From: Candidatus Heimdallarchaeota archaeon B3_Heim
GTDB taxonomy: Archaea > Asgardarchaeota > Heimdallarchaeia > Hodarchaeales > Hodarchaeaceae
DNA length: 32,000 bases
Direction: 5' to 3'
Assembly: GCA_003144275.1 (NCBI GenBank)
Contig: NJBF01000005.1
Location: 30,001-62,000, forward strand
Position 1 is the first letter of the stretch. The number at the start of each line of letters is the position of its first letter. This document shows, in pieces, positions 9,782 to 16,924 of the stretch. Under the pieces are notes generated by a model. The model saw only the letters and a list, made by a program, of their open reading frames with translations. It ran no database searches and had not been told where the DNA came from. Made by a program: the position numbers and the translations under genes.

Positions 9782-9878
9782 GGGCCGATGGTGAAGCTGG
9801 TATCACGCCGCCTTCGCAAGGCGGAGATCGCAAAAATGCGACTGTATCCCCCGAGTTCAAATCTCGGTCGGTCCACCA
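9782..9878 (+). tRNA. trnA: tRNA-Ala(CGC) with a 21-nt variable-loop intron (45/46: 9827-9847) and encoded CCA
   Basis: Acceptor GGGCCGA/TCGGTCC with the G3:U70 Ala determinant, anticodon arm CCGCC-TT-CGC-AA-GGCGG, T arm CCGAG-TTCAAAT-CTCGG, then A-CCA. The intron has central helix GCGG/CTGT, two 3-nt bulges and a TCGCA/TGCGA hairpin. Confidence 0.94.
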
Positions 9879-9914
9879 CATTCATAGTAACAGAAAACCT
9901 TGTATGGAATGTAA

Positions 9915-11003
9915 ATGTCAGTTAAAGAAGAGACCCATAGAAATGAGCTATTAAATAGTGCCAAGCTGGAATTCCGCAATGCTGGGTATACTCTGAGTGA
10001 TAATGATATTAGCTCCTCCTCTTTTGACTTCATAGTGAAGAAGAAGAAAGAAATTCAGACACCTTTGATACCAAAAAAAATGATCATTCGTGTATTAGCT
10101 GAATTAGATTTGTTTAAAAGACACACATCCCAAGAACTTCAGTTAATTGCCAAATTAATTCAAGGAAAACCTTTACTAATAGCAAAATTTGCTACTGGAA
10201 AAAGAATTAAACCAGCCACACTTTATAGACGGCACAATGTTCCTGCTATTTCGTTACAAACTCTAAAATCTTTTCTTCAAGATGAATTATCCAAAAAATC
10301 TCCACAAATTACTAAACTCACAAAGAGAGGGGGTATCTTTGTTAATCTATCAACTTCACGCTTTGTTGAAAGAAGAAAACAGCTTGAGTTGGATATTAGT
10401 CTTTTAGCTGAAAAAATTGGGGTATCACGTCAATCCCTCTATAAATATGAGCGGGGTAAAAGCTCACCTAAATTAGATAGTTACGCTCGTATCTTAGAGA
10501 TCATGGGTATTGATCTTGAACAGCCGATTAACATATTTGAAAAACCTAAAAAATCTACAGATGACTTAGATTTTACAATCAAAGAACTTTGTAAACCTAA
10601 ATCACAACGGCAAAAAGAAATCACAGGTTACCTTCAAGAAAAAGAGATCCGGATTTTATGGTTAAGACAAGAACCAGTTGATGGCATCATTGTTAACGAA
10701 CAAAGAGAGATTATCGACAAGAGGGAAATAAATCCGGGAAACTCAATTGTCACAGGGGTTTCTTCAACAAACGAGGAAAAAGACCATGATCGTCTCCTCT
10801 TACTAAACAAACTCGCACGCTTCTTAGGAAAAAAGGCAATTTGGTTTGAGGATGAAGAGTCTGACAAAGAATCGAAATTTATTAAGACTACGGATTTTTT
10901 TACAATATTGACTATTTCTGATTTAGAACATATGGGAAATGAAGAACTATTAAAATCTTTGAAATTATCGGGCACTTCTCAACAAACTAAATCCAAACGT
11001 TGA
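9915..11003 (+). CDS. Archaeal HTH-type transcriptional regulator (COG1395-like, Xre/Cro HTH)
   Basis: N-terminal nuclease-like fold (SSFDFIVKK, LYRRHNVPAIS), RGGIFVNL, and central HTH LAEKIGVSRQSLYKYERG. Confidence 0.85.
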   Translation: MSVKEETHRNELLNSAKLEFRNAGYTLSDNDISSSSFDFIVKKKKEIQTPLIPKKMIIRVLAELDLFKRHTSQELQLIAKLIQGKPLLIAKFATGKRIKPATLYRRHNVPAISLQTLKSFLQDELSKKSPQITKLTKRGGIFVNLSTSRFVERRKQLELDISLLAEKIGVSRQSLYKYERGKSSPKLDSYARILEIMGIDLEQPINIFEKPKKSTDDLDFTIKELCKPKSQRQKEITGYLQEKEIRILWLRQEPVDGIIVNEQREIIDKREINPGNSIVTGVSSTNEEKDHDRLLLLNKLARFLGKKAIWFEDEESDKESKFIKTTDFFTILTISDLEHMGNEELLKSLKLSGTSQQTKSKR

Positions 11004-11006
11004 GAA

Positions 11007-11280
11007 GGATTCTTGAATTCATGACTATATTTGTCAGATAATGCAGTAAAACTGCGTTCTGGACAGGATGAGTCACACATCCGCTATCCGGCAGGTTAGC
11101 AACAAGAGAATTGTTGCTTTCCATTGGGACTACTTGAATCAGACCTGCTTGCGACATCCCGAACACTAGGGAATTTCGACCAGATTGGGGCATTCTTCCA
11201 TTACCTTTGACGGGTAACTCGTCTAACGAAGTTACAAGGGAATATGACCTAAGAGCTATGTGTATTTTTTTGTCATCACT
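11007..11280. ncRNA. Putative structured RNA of unknown class
   Basis: Dense set of stems in an otherwise AT-rich spacer: GCAGT/ACTGC, GGATG/CATCC, GCAGGT/ACCTGC, AGCAACAA/TTGTTGCT, TCCC/GGGA, GTAAC/GTTAC and TCTGG/CCAGA. The strand is unresolved. Confidence 0.45.
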
Positions 11281-11315
11281 TCGGGGTTGAAGAAGTAAAG
11301 GAGGGAGGCCCTTTA

Positions 11316-11527
11316 ATGATGTTAGAGAGAGAAGTCAGCAAATACGAGAAGATTTACTTTGTCAGACAAAAATGATCCTACTTATAGAAAGGAAATTAAA
11401 ACCTATTCATTTGACCCCGTATCGTACAATTACAGACATTGTCAACCCTGAATGGGAAGATATTAAGTTTCCAATAAAATTTAGGGAAAAACATCAAAAC
11501 CAACAAAGATACTTTGATAATCGGTAA
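11316..11527 (+). other. Two ATGA-overlapping small ORFs (11316-11375, 19 aa; 11372-11527, 51 aa) or one frameshifted small gene
   Basis: GGAGGGAGG at 11300-11308 precedes ATG 11316. Its TGA overlaps the next ATG after an A5 run. Confidence 0.3.
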
Positions 11528-11573
11528 AGAGATTTGAATAAATAGTCTTGGATGATTGATAGAGGAATATAAT

Positions 11574-12026
11574 ATGTCTAAAAAAGAAAATGAACAAGAA
11601 GAAACAAAAGGGTCATCAATACCGTGGATTCCAGGCTTTAAAAGGCCAACAATTGATTTTAAAAGGCCAACATTCGAACTTCCCTATGAGGCACCTCATA
11701 AATACATTATATTCATTATCGTTCTTTCTACTATATTTATATTGGCAGGAGGTATATATAATATAGCAGAAAATCCTTTACCTATGGGACAAACATCAAC
11801 TGCGCTCGTACCTGTATTCCAATCGCCGAGTGAACAATTTCTGATAGAGTCTCTGATTGCTGCTCTTTTTTTTGGCCTTGGAGCAGGTGGCCTTTTCATG
11901 ATCAGGTACTCAACACGTTTTGCATATGATGCTAGGACATCCATCACCCTCTTAATCCTTGGAATTACTCTTACCATCGTCGCTGCTGGTGGGACTGTAA
12001 TTATGTACGACTTCAAAACAAGCTAG
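11574..12026 (+). CDS. Oligosaccharyltransferase subunit OSTC/DC2-like (OST3/OST6 family), eukaryotic signature protein
   Basis: About 150 aa with 3 TM helices. AGGIYNIAENPLPMG and EQFLIESLIAALFFGLGAGGLFMI parallel human DC2 TGGIIYDVIVEPPSVG and [24 protein letters not shown] (recalled). ATG 11574 follows GAGG. Confidence 0.85.
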   Translation: MSKKENEQEETKGSSIPWIPGFKRPTIDFKRPTFELPYEAPHKYIIFIIVLSTIFILAGGIYNIAENPLPMGQTSTALVPVFQSPSEQFLIESLIAALFFGLGAGGLFMIRYSTRFAYDARTSITLLILGITLTIVAAGGTVIMYDFKTS

Positions 12027-12047
12027 AAAATTCTAATCGTCCGTTTT

Positions 12048-12231
12048 GCCGGGGTTTCTGTCTCTAACGAGGTTCATTCAGATCCTCAACGACCCGATAG
12101 CCAAGCGGACGGGATTATAATTAATAATGCCCTGTATTACGGCGCTGGCCTTGAGACCTCAATATTCAAAAATTCAGGTTAGATAGCCAGTGTACATTAT
12201 GTACTCGAGGGTTCAAATCCCTCCCCCGGCG
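12048..12231 (+). tRNA. trnS: tRNA-Ser(TGA) with three introns (8/9: 12056-12098; 20a/20b: 12111-12137; 37/38: 12156-12184)
   Basis: Acceptor GCCGGGG/CCCCGGC-G (G73), D stem GCC/GGC, anticodon stem CTGGC/GCCAG with CT-TGA-G, long variable arm GTACA/TGTAC, T arm GAGGG-TTCAAAT-CCCTC. Each insert has BHB geometry. Confidence 0.93.
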
Positions 12232-12397
12232 TTTTAATATGAATATGGAGGGAATATTCATCCTAGCATCGATCACTCATAATTTAGATACTACTTGGAC
12301 GATAAAGGGAAGCTTCTAAGGAGGTAGAACGAAAACCAATAATCCTTTTAACCCCAAATTATTCACCCCAACTGAACATTCTAGCAACAAGAATTGC

Positions 12398-12733
12398 ATG
12401 GATATACTGGAGAAAGAAATTTTGGTATCCGTAGCGCGTATTCGGTTAATGAGCACTGATGTTGAACAATTAGACGGCATTTGTAAAGAAATGAAGAGGA
12501 TTGCAGACAAGTCTGGGGTAAAAATGAGAGGCCCAATCCCTTTACCAACAAAGAAATTACGATTGCCCGTTAGAAAATCGCCCAGTGGACAAGGAACAGC
12601 GACTTGGGAGGATTATGAACTTCGTATACATAAAAGGTTGATCGATATAGATGCCGATGACCGGACTATGAGACAGATAATCCGATTAAATGTTTCTCGC
12701 ACTATTTTTGTTGAAATTGAATTACGTACTTAA
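12398..12733 (+). CDS. rps10: 30S ribosomal protein S10 (uS10)
   Basis: ARIRLMST, GPIPLPTKKL...RKSPSGQGTATWEDYELRIHKRLID. The true start may be about 8 codons downstream. Confidence 0.97.
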   Translation: MDILEKEILVSVARIRLMSTDVEQLDGICKEMKRIADKSGVKMRGPIPLPTKKLRLPVRKSPSGQGTATWEDYELRIHKRLIDIDADDRTMRQIIRLNVSRTIFVEIELRT

Positions 12734-12749
12734 ACTGAAGGAATAGATT

Positions 12750-13325
12750 ATGACTGCTTCAGATACCATGAAAATATTCGGACTATGGGATTCCCAAGAT
12801 ATTGAAGTTGCCGACATCAGTCTAAAACGTTATATTAATCTTGAAGAACGACTTTTGCCACATAGTTCAGGGCGACATGAGCACAAACGATTTCATAAGT
12901 CATACGTCCATGTTGTTGAACGTCTTGCAAATAAGCTTATGAGTCCAGGTAAAAATACGGGGAAGAAAATTTTAGCTCTAAATATTGTTAAAACCGCCAT
13001 GCAAATAATTGAATTGAAAACTAATAAAAATCCAATTCAAGTTATTGTTGATGCTATTGTAAACTGTGCCCCTAGAGAGGAAACAACTCGAATATCCTAT
13101 GGAGGAATTGTCTATCACACTGCGGTAGATAGTGCACCGCAGAGAAGGGTAGATGTGGCACTTCGATTACTTGCTAATGCAGTAAGAAGAGCCTCATTCA
13201 ATAATGTCCGTGCAGTTGACGAAATATTAGCCGAGCAATTGATTCTCGCTGGTACAAACAATACCAACTCAAGCGCGATAAAAAGAAAACAGGATATCGA
13301 ACGTGTAGCCTTAAGTGCGCGGTAA
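12750..13325 (+). CDS. rps7: 30S ribosomal protein S7 (uS7)
   Basis: LPHSSGRHEHKRFHKS, VERLANKLM, NCAPREETTRI, DSAPQRRVDVALR, ERVALSAR. Confidence 0.98.
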   Translation: MTASDTMKIFGLWDSQDIEVADISLKRYINLEERLLPHSSGRHEHKRFHKSYVHVVERLANKLMSPGKNTGKKILALNIVKTAMQIIELKTNKNPIQVIVDAIVNCAPREETTRISYGGIVYHTAVDSAPQRRVDVALRLLANAVRRASFNNVRAVDEILAEQLILAGTNNTNSSAIKRKQDIERVALSAR

Positions 13326-13424
13326 AAAATTTACATCCGTTTTCTTTTTTATAACACACATATTCGTGTAAGTTTTACTGAATATCCGCTTAAGCCTTTT
13401 TAATCAAAATGGTCATTGGAAATT

Positions 13425-14762
13425 CTAATTAGAAAATAATTCGTGTACTATTCCCACAGCGATTGTACTTCCAGAATGCCGTAAGATTATCCGTCCTAAT
13501 TCGGCATAGTCTGTGAATTTTTCTACTACAAGCGGAGTATTAATAAGTAAATCCACTTCTACTAACTCCCCCTCGAACGCTATAGTTATCCGTCCCTCAA
13601 ATTCTCTCTGTAATTTTTTATATTTGGGACTCTTATTCAGAATTTTCGTAATTTGCTCAATCTGAGCAGTAGAATAGGACGCACCACAATGGAAGACTAC
13701 TGAAGATCCTGGAACAAATGTACCTTCTAGAATTAAAAGGCGAGAGCGAATTTTAACGCCGAATTGATATTCTGTATTTTTCGGAGCTAAAACTATTCCT
13801 TCTCCCAAAATATCTTTGGGTAAATTCCTTAATAATACTGATCCATGTTCTCCTGGATTTAGAGCTTCTTGTTTTTCATCCTCCACCCATAATTCTTTGA
13901 TTTCTGATTCTATCCCTTGGGGGAGAATTTTAACTTTTTCACCCGATTTAAGTTGTTGACTGAGTGCTTTTCCTAAGAGAAATGTCCCAAATCCATGTCT
14001 CTCAATAATATCGTAACCAACGAATCGCATTTCCATATTTTTCTCATACTTTACTCCTTTCAACGAATTTAAAGCTTCTAATAATGTATAACCGTCATAC
14101 CACTCCATTTGACGGGAGTGTTCTGATAAATTCTCCCCAGCTAATCCGCTAATGGGAATAAATGGAATACTTTCAATTTGTTGGGTCCAAGGAGATTGGA
14201 TCTCCCGAAAGAGTTGTTTTATTTTATCAACTGCCTCGTGATACCGATCTTGTCTATACTCGACTTGATCCATTTTATTGATAGCAATGATAACTTGATT
14301 GATTCCCAATACAGAGGCTAAAATAGCATGTTCTCTTGTCTGACCTCCAGGATCTTGGTAACCTCCTACTTTCAATCCTGATTTCAAATCATTGGGGACA
14401 GCACTAATTACCAAAACACAAGCGTCAGCTTGAGAAGCTCCTCGTATCATATTCTTTACAAAGTCCCGATGACCAGGTGAATCAATTAGCATAAATTTTC
14501 TTTGCTCTGTTTCAAAAGGATAGAAGGCAATATCAGAAGTAATACCTCGCTGCTTTTCCTCAGGTAGCGTATCAAGTACGTAAGCCCACTTCCATGATTC
14601 CATTTGATGTTCAATAGCCTCTTCCTCCAATTTTTCTATCGTACGAACATCAATAGCGCCGATCTGAGATAAAAGATGACCTAATGTTGTAGATTTGCCA
14701 TGATCCACATGGCCAATCCATATTAAAGATATAGTTGGCTTAGAATTAACCATAAGTATCAC
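13425..14762 (-). CDS. EF-1alpha-family translational GTPase, paralog 2 (eRF3/Hbs1-like domains II-III)
   Basis: G1 GHVDHGKST, G2 RGIT, G3 DSPGH, G4 NKMD, G5 ISG, and GQTREH. Domains II-III are divergent and lack the EF-1alpha SIEMHH/GDNIGF motifs. Start is GTG 14762 or ATG 14753. Confidence 0.9.
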   Translation of the reverse strand: MILMVNSKPTISLIWIGHVDHGKSTTLGHLLSQIGAIDVRTIEKLEEEAIEHQMESWKWAYVLDTLPEEKQRGITSDIAFYPFETEQRKFMLIDSPGHRDFVKNMIRGASQADACVLVISAVPNDLKSGLKVGGYQDPGGQTREHAILASVLGINQVIIAINKMDQVEYRQDRYHEAVDKIKQLFREIQSPWTQQIESIPFIPISGLAGENLSEHSRQMEWYDGYTLLEALNSLKGVKYEKNMEMRFVGYDIIERHGFGTFLLGKALSQQLKSGEKVKILPQGIESEIKELWVEDEKQEALNPGEHGSVLLRNLPKDILGEGIVLAPKNTEYQFGVKIRSRLLILEGTFVPGSSVVFHCGASYSTAQIEQITKILNKSPKYKKLQREFEGRITIAFEGELVEVDLLINTPLVVEKFTDYAELGRIILRHSGSTIAVGIVHELFSN

Positions 14763-14816
14763 TGCCTGAAATTAGGCTGAAAGGAAAAAAGAAAAAGAAA
14801 TTGAGAAAGAAAAAGT

Positions 14817-16346
14817 TTAGGAGGCGTATTTATTTCTTTCGACTTTTTGGACTACTCCAACAGCAACTGTTTTTCCTGAATCGCGGAGTGCAAATCGTCC
14901 AAGAGCTGGAGTTTTGGTGATTGGCTCCACCACTAAAGGTGTTAAAGGAGTCATCCAAACCATACCCCTCTCACCTTGACCCAGATTATCCTGTTCTTGA
15001 ACCGCAGTCACACGGCATGCAACTTGTGCAGTTCCACAGTGAACCACAGGAGAGTAGTTTTCATGAATTCCCCAGGCTTCGTCTTTCTTCTTAGCTTTTT
15101 TACCTAGTCCTCTGACCACGAGTACCAATGATAAAAATCCGTCCACATTTGGTTTTAAAGCTTCTGCTGGATCCGCCGGATCACTCACGACAGCACCGCG
15201 TATAATATCATTCGCACCTATATTTTTTGTTTTAATGTTGAAACCGATATTGTCTCCTGGCATTGCTTGCGGAATATCTTTGTGAAATTCTTGAATTGAC
15301 TTCACAGTAATTGGTACTGGTGCAATATCTTGTTTTGTAGGGGAAATTACCATCTCTGAATTCGGTTTTAGTACTCCAGTAGAAAGTCTTCCAGTTAGGA
15401 CTGTCCCTACGCCACTTATATTGAGTGTTTGTTGAATTGGTAATCGGATTGCTTGTTTTGCCAACGCGTCTTTACGAATGGCTGGTGATTCCAAAACATC
15501 AAGCGAATCAACGAGGGATGGTCCATCATACCATGATAAACCTTCAAAACCTGCTTTTATGTCCTCAATCTCTTTTTGTAACGATTCAATGAATTCAGGA
15601 TCTGCATTTCCAGCTTTTGCTGCAGATACATGTCCTTCTAAGTTTTTCACTGAATTTTCTTTAGAGAGAAGATTCACACCTACTAATCCACTAGTGGGAA
15701 CATATTTAATTGCTTCTAAACGGGCCTCTTTGTTCTCTATTTGTAATGCGGACATTAATTGAGTAAAGATAGTATGAATTGCAGTTTTGATTTGCTCATA
15801 TCTTTCCTTACCCCAGTCAACAACGTCCATTTTATTGATAGCTACAACAATATTTGTAACTCCAAGTGAAGTTAGGAGAAGCATATGCTCTGTTGTCATA
15901 CCTATAACGTTAGCATATTTTCCAGAAGCGGTTCCAGCGACTTTGGTTCCGTCTTCGAATTCTCCTTTTCTTGCAGATACAACTAAAATAGCGGCATCTG
16001 CTTGAGAAGCGCCGGTAATCATATTTTTTATAAAATCACTATGGCCTGGAGCATCGATTAAGTTATAGATGAATTTCTTGGTCTTAAATTCTTGGAAAGA
16101 TATGTTAATTGTGAGACCTCGTTCTCTTTCATCCATCAGAGGATCCAAAATCCAGGCGTACGACCAGCTACCCATGCCCGTAGCTTTGCTTTCTTTATAG
16201 TATTTTTCAGCAATTCGCCAAGGTTGTCGTTTCTTTTTAGGATCATGTATCTGACCTAGTAAGAACAACATGTGGCCAAGACCGGTAGATTTTCCGTGAT
16301 CAACGTGTCCTGTGACCACTAAATTCATTCTTTCGAGATCTGCCAT
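14817..16346 (-). CDS. tuf: Elongation factor 1-alpha, divergent, with insertions (paralog 1)
   Basis: GHVDHGKST, ERERGLTI, DAPGHSDFIKNMITGASQAD, NKMD, RLPIQ...GVGTVLTGR..TGVLKP, PGDNIGFN, LGRFALRDSGKTVAVG. At 509 aa it is longer than typical aEF1A because of three insertions. Confidence 0.88.
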   Translation of the reverse strand: MADLERMNLVVTGHVDHGKSTGLGHMLFLLGQIHDPKKKRQPWRIAEKYYKESKATGMGSWSYAWILDPLMDERERGLTINISFQEFKTKKFIYNLIDAPGHSDFIKNMITGASQADAAILVVSARKGEFEDGTKVAGTASGKYANVIGMTTEHMLLLTSLGVTNIVVAINKMDVVDWGKERYEQIKTAIHTIFTQLMSALQIENKEARLEAIKYVPTSGLVGVNLLSKENSVKNLEGHVSAAKAGNADPEFIESLQKEIEDIKAGFEGLSWYDGPSLVDSLDVLESPAIRKDALAKQAIRLPIQQTLNISGVGTVLTGRLSTGVLKPNSEMVISPTKQDIAPVPITVKSIQEFHKDIPQAMPGDNIGFNIKTKNIGANDIIRGAVVSDPADPAEALKPNVDGFLSLVLVVRGLGKKAKKKDEAWGIHENYSPVVHCGTAQVACRVTAVQEQDNLGQGERGMVWMTPLTPLVVEPITKTPALGRFALRDSGKTVAVGVVQKVERNKYAS

Positions 16347-16924
16347 TATTATTCACCAGAATATTATTTATTTACTTTTGTATAGGATTAATTAAACACA
16401 AAATATCATTAAAATTGGTTTTAATCCTAAGAAACAGCGAAACAAAAAACTATTTATCTCATTTTGCTTTAGTTTGCTAGCAAATATTCGTACTAAAATA
16501 AGAAGATAATTGAATTCTATTTTACAAACAGCTAACTTCTCTAAAAATCGATAATTCGAACTCTAATCTTTGATAAAGCATCATTCGGCTCATTTTTTTA
16601 TAGTCTTCCGAGCAAAGATGTCCTCCATATTTACCAGAGACGGAAAATATTCAAGTTATACTTTTACAATATGATTCTTGTACTCTTGAGTATTTTTTCA
16701 CAGAAACTGGGAGAGAAGTCTGACTTCAGCTTTTTTTGGGATTCTATAAAGATGGGGCAAGTTTGGGGGATGAGGTTATATAAGATGAGCCCCCCGCAAG
16801 ATCACCCACCAGGATTTTAATTGAAAAAACTTTACTAATTTTGAGTAACTCTCTTTTCCTCCTCTTTTTTTATTCTTAGATGTAAATTTTCAGATAAACA
16901 GATTGTATACAGAGCTTTTTTCGA

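Noticed and set aside
10634-11193. Minus-strand ORFs 10634-10975 and 10987-11193
   Set aside because: The first is antisense to the HTH gene. The second lies over the structured element and has no protein-like features.
11007-11280. Calling the structured element a group I intron, RNase P RNA, SRP RNA, tRNA-Sec, or FMN/cobalamin riboswitch
   Set aside because: There are partial look-alikes on the minus strand (AAATATAGTC like group I S; GAAATTCCCTA like FMN; TTCAA). The required partners are missing: J4/5 AA and the P7 bulge, GAGGAAAGUCC, SRP helix 8, and a TTC T loop. There is also no host exon.
11696-12510. Minus-strand ORFs 11696-12016 and 12316-12510
   Set aside because: Antisense to the OSTC-like gene and rps10.
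15478-16005. ORFs 15478-15762 and 15787-16005 (+)
   Set aside because: Antisense to EF-1alpha.
14817-16346. Assigning paralog 1 to eukaryotic EFL or to SelB
   Set aside because: It shares an insertion site with EFL but not recognisable EFL sequence, keeps the archaeal GHVDHGKS, and has no SelB C-terminal extension. A phylogeny is needed.
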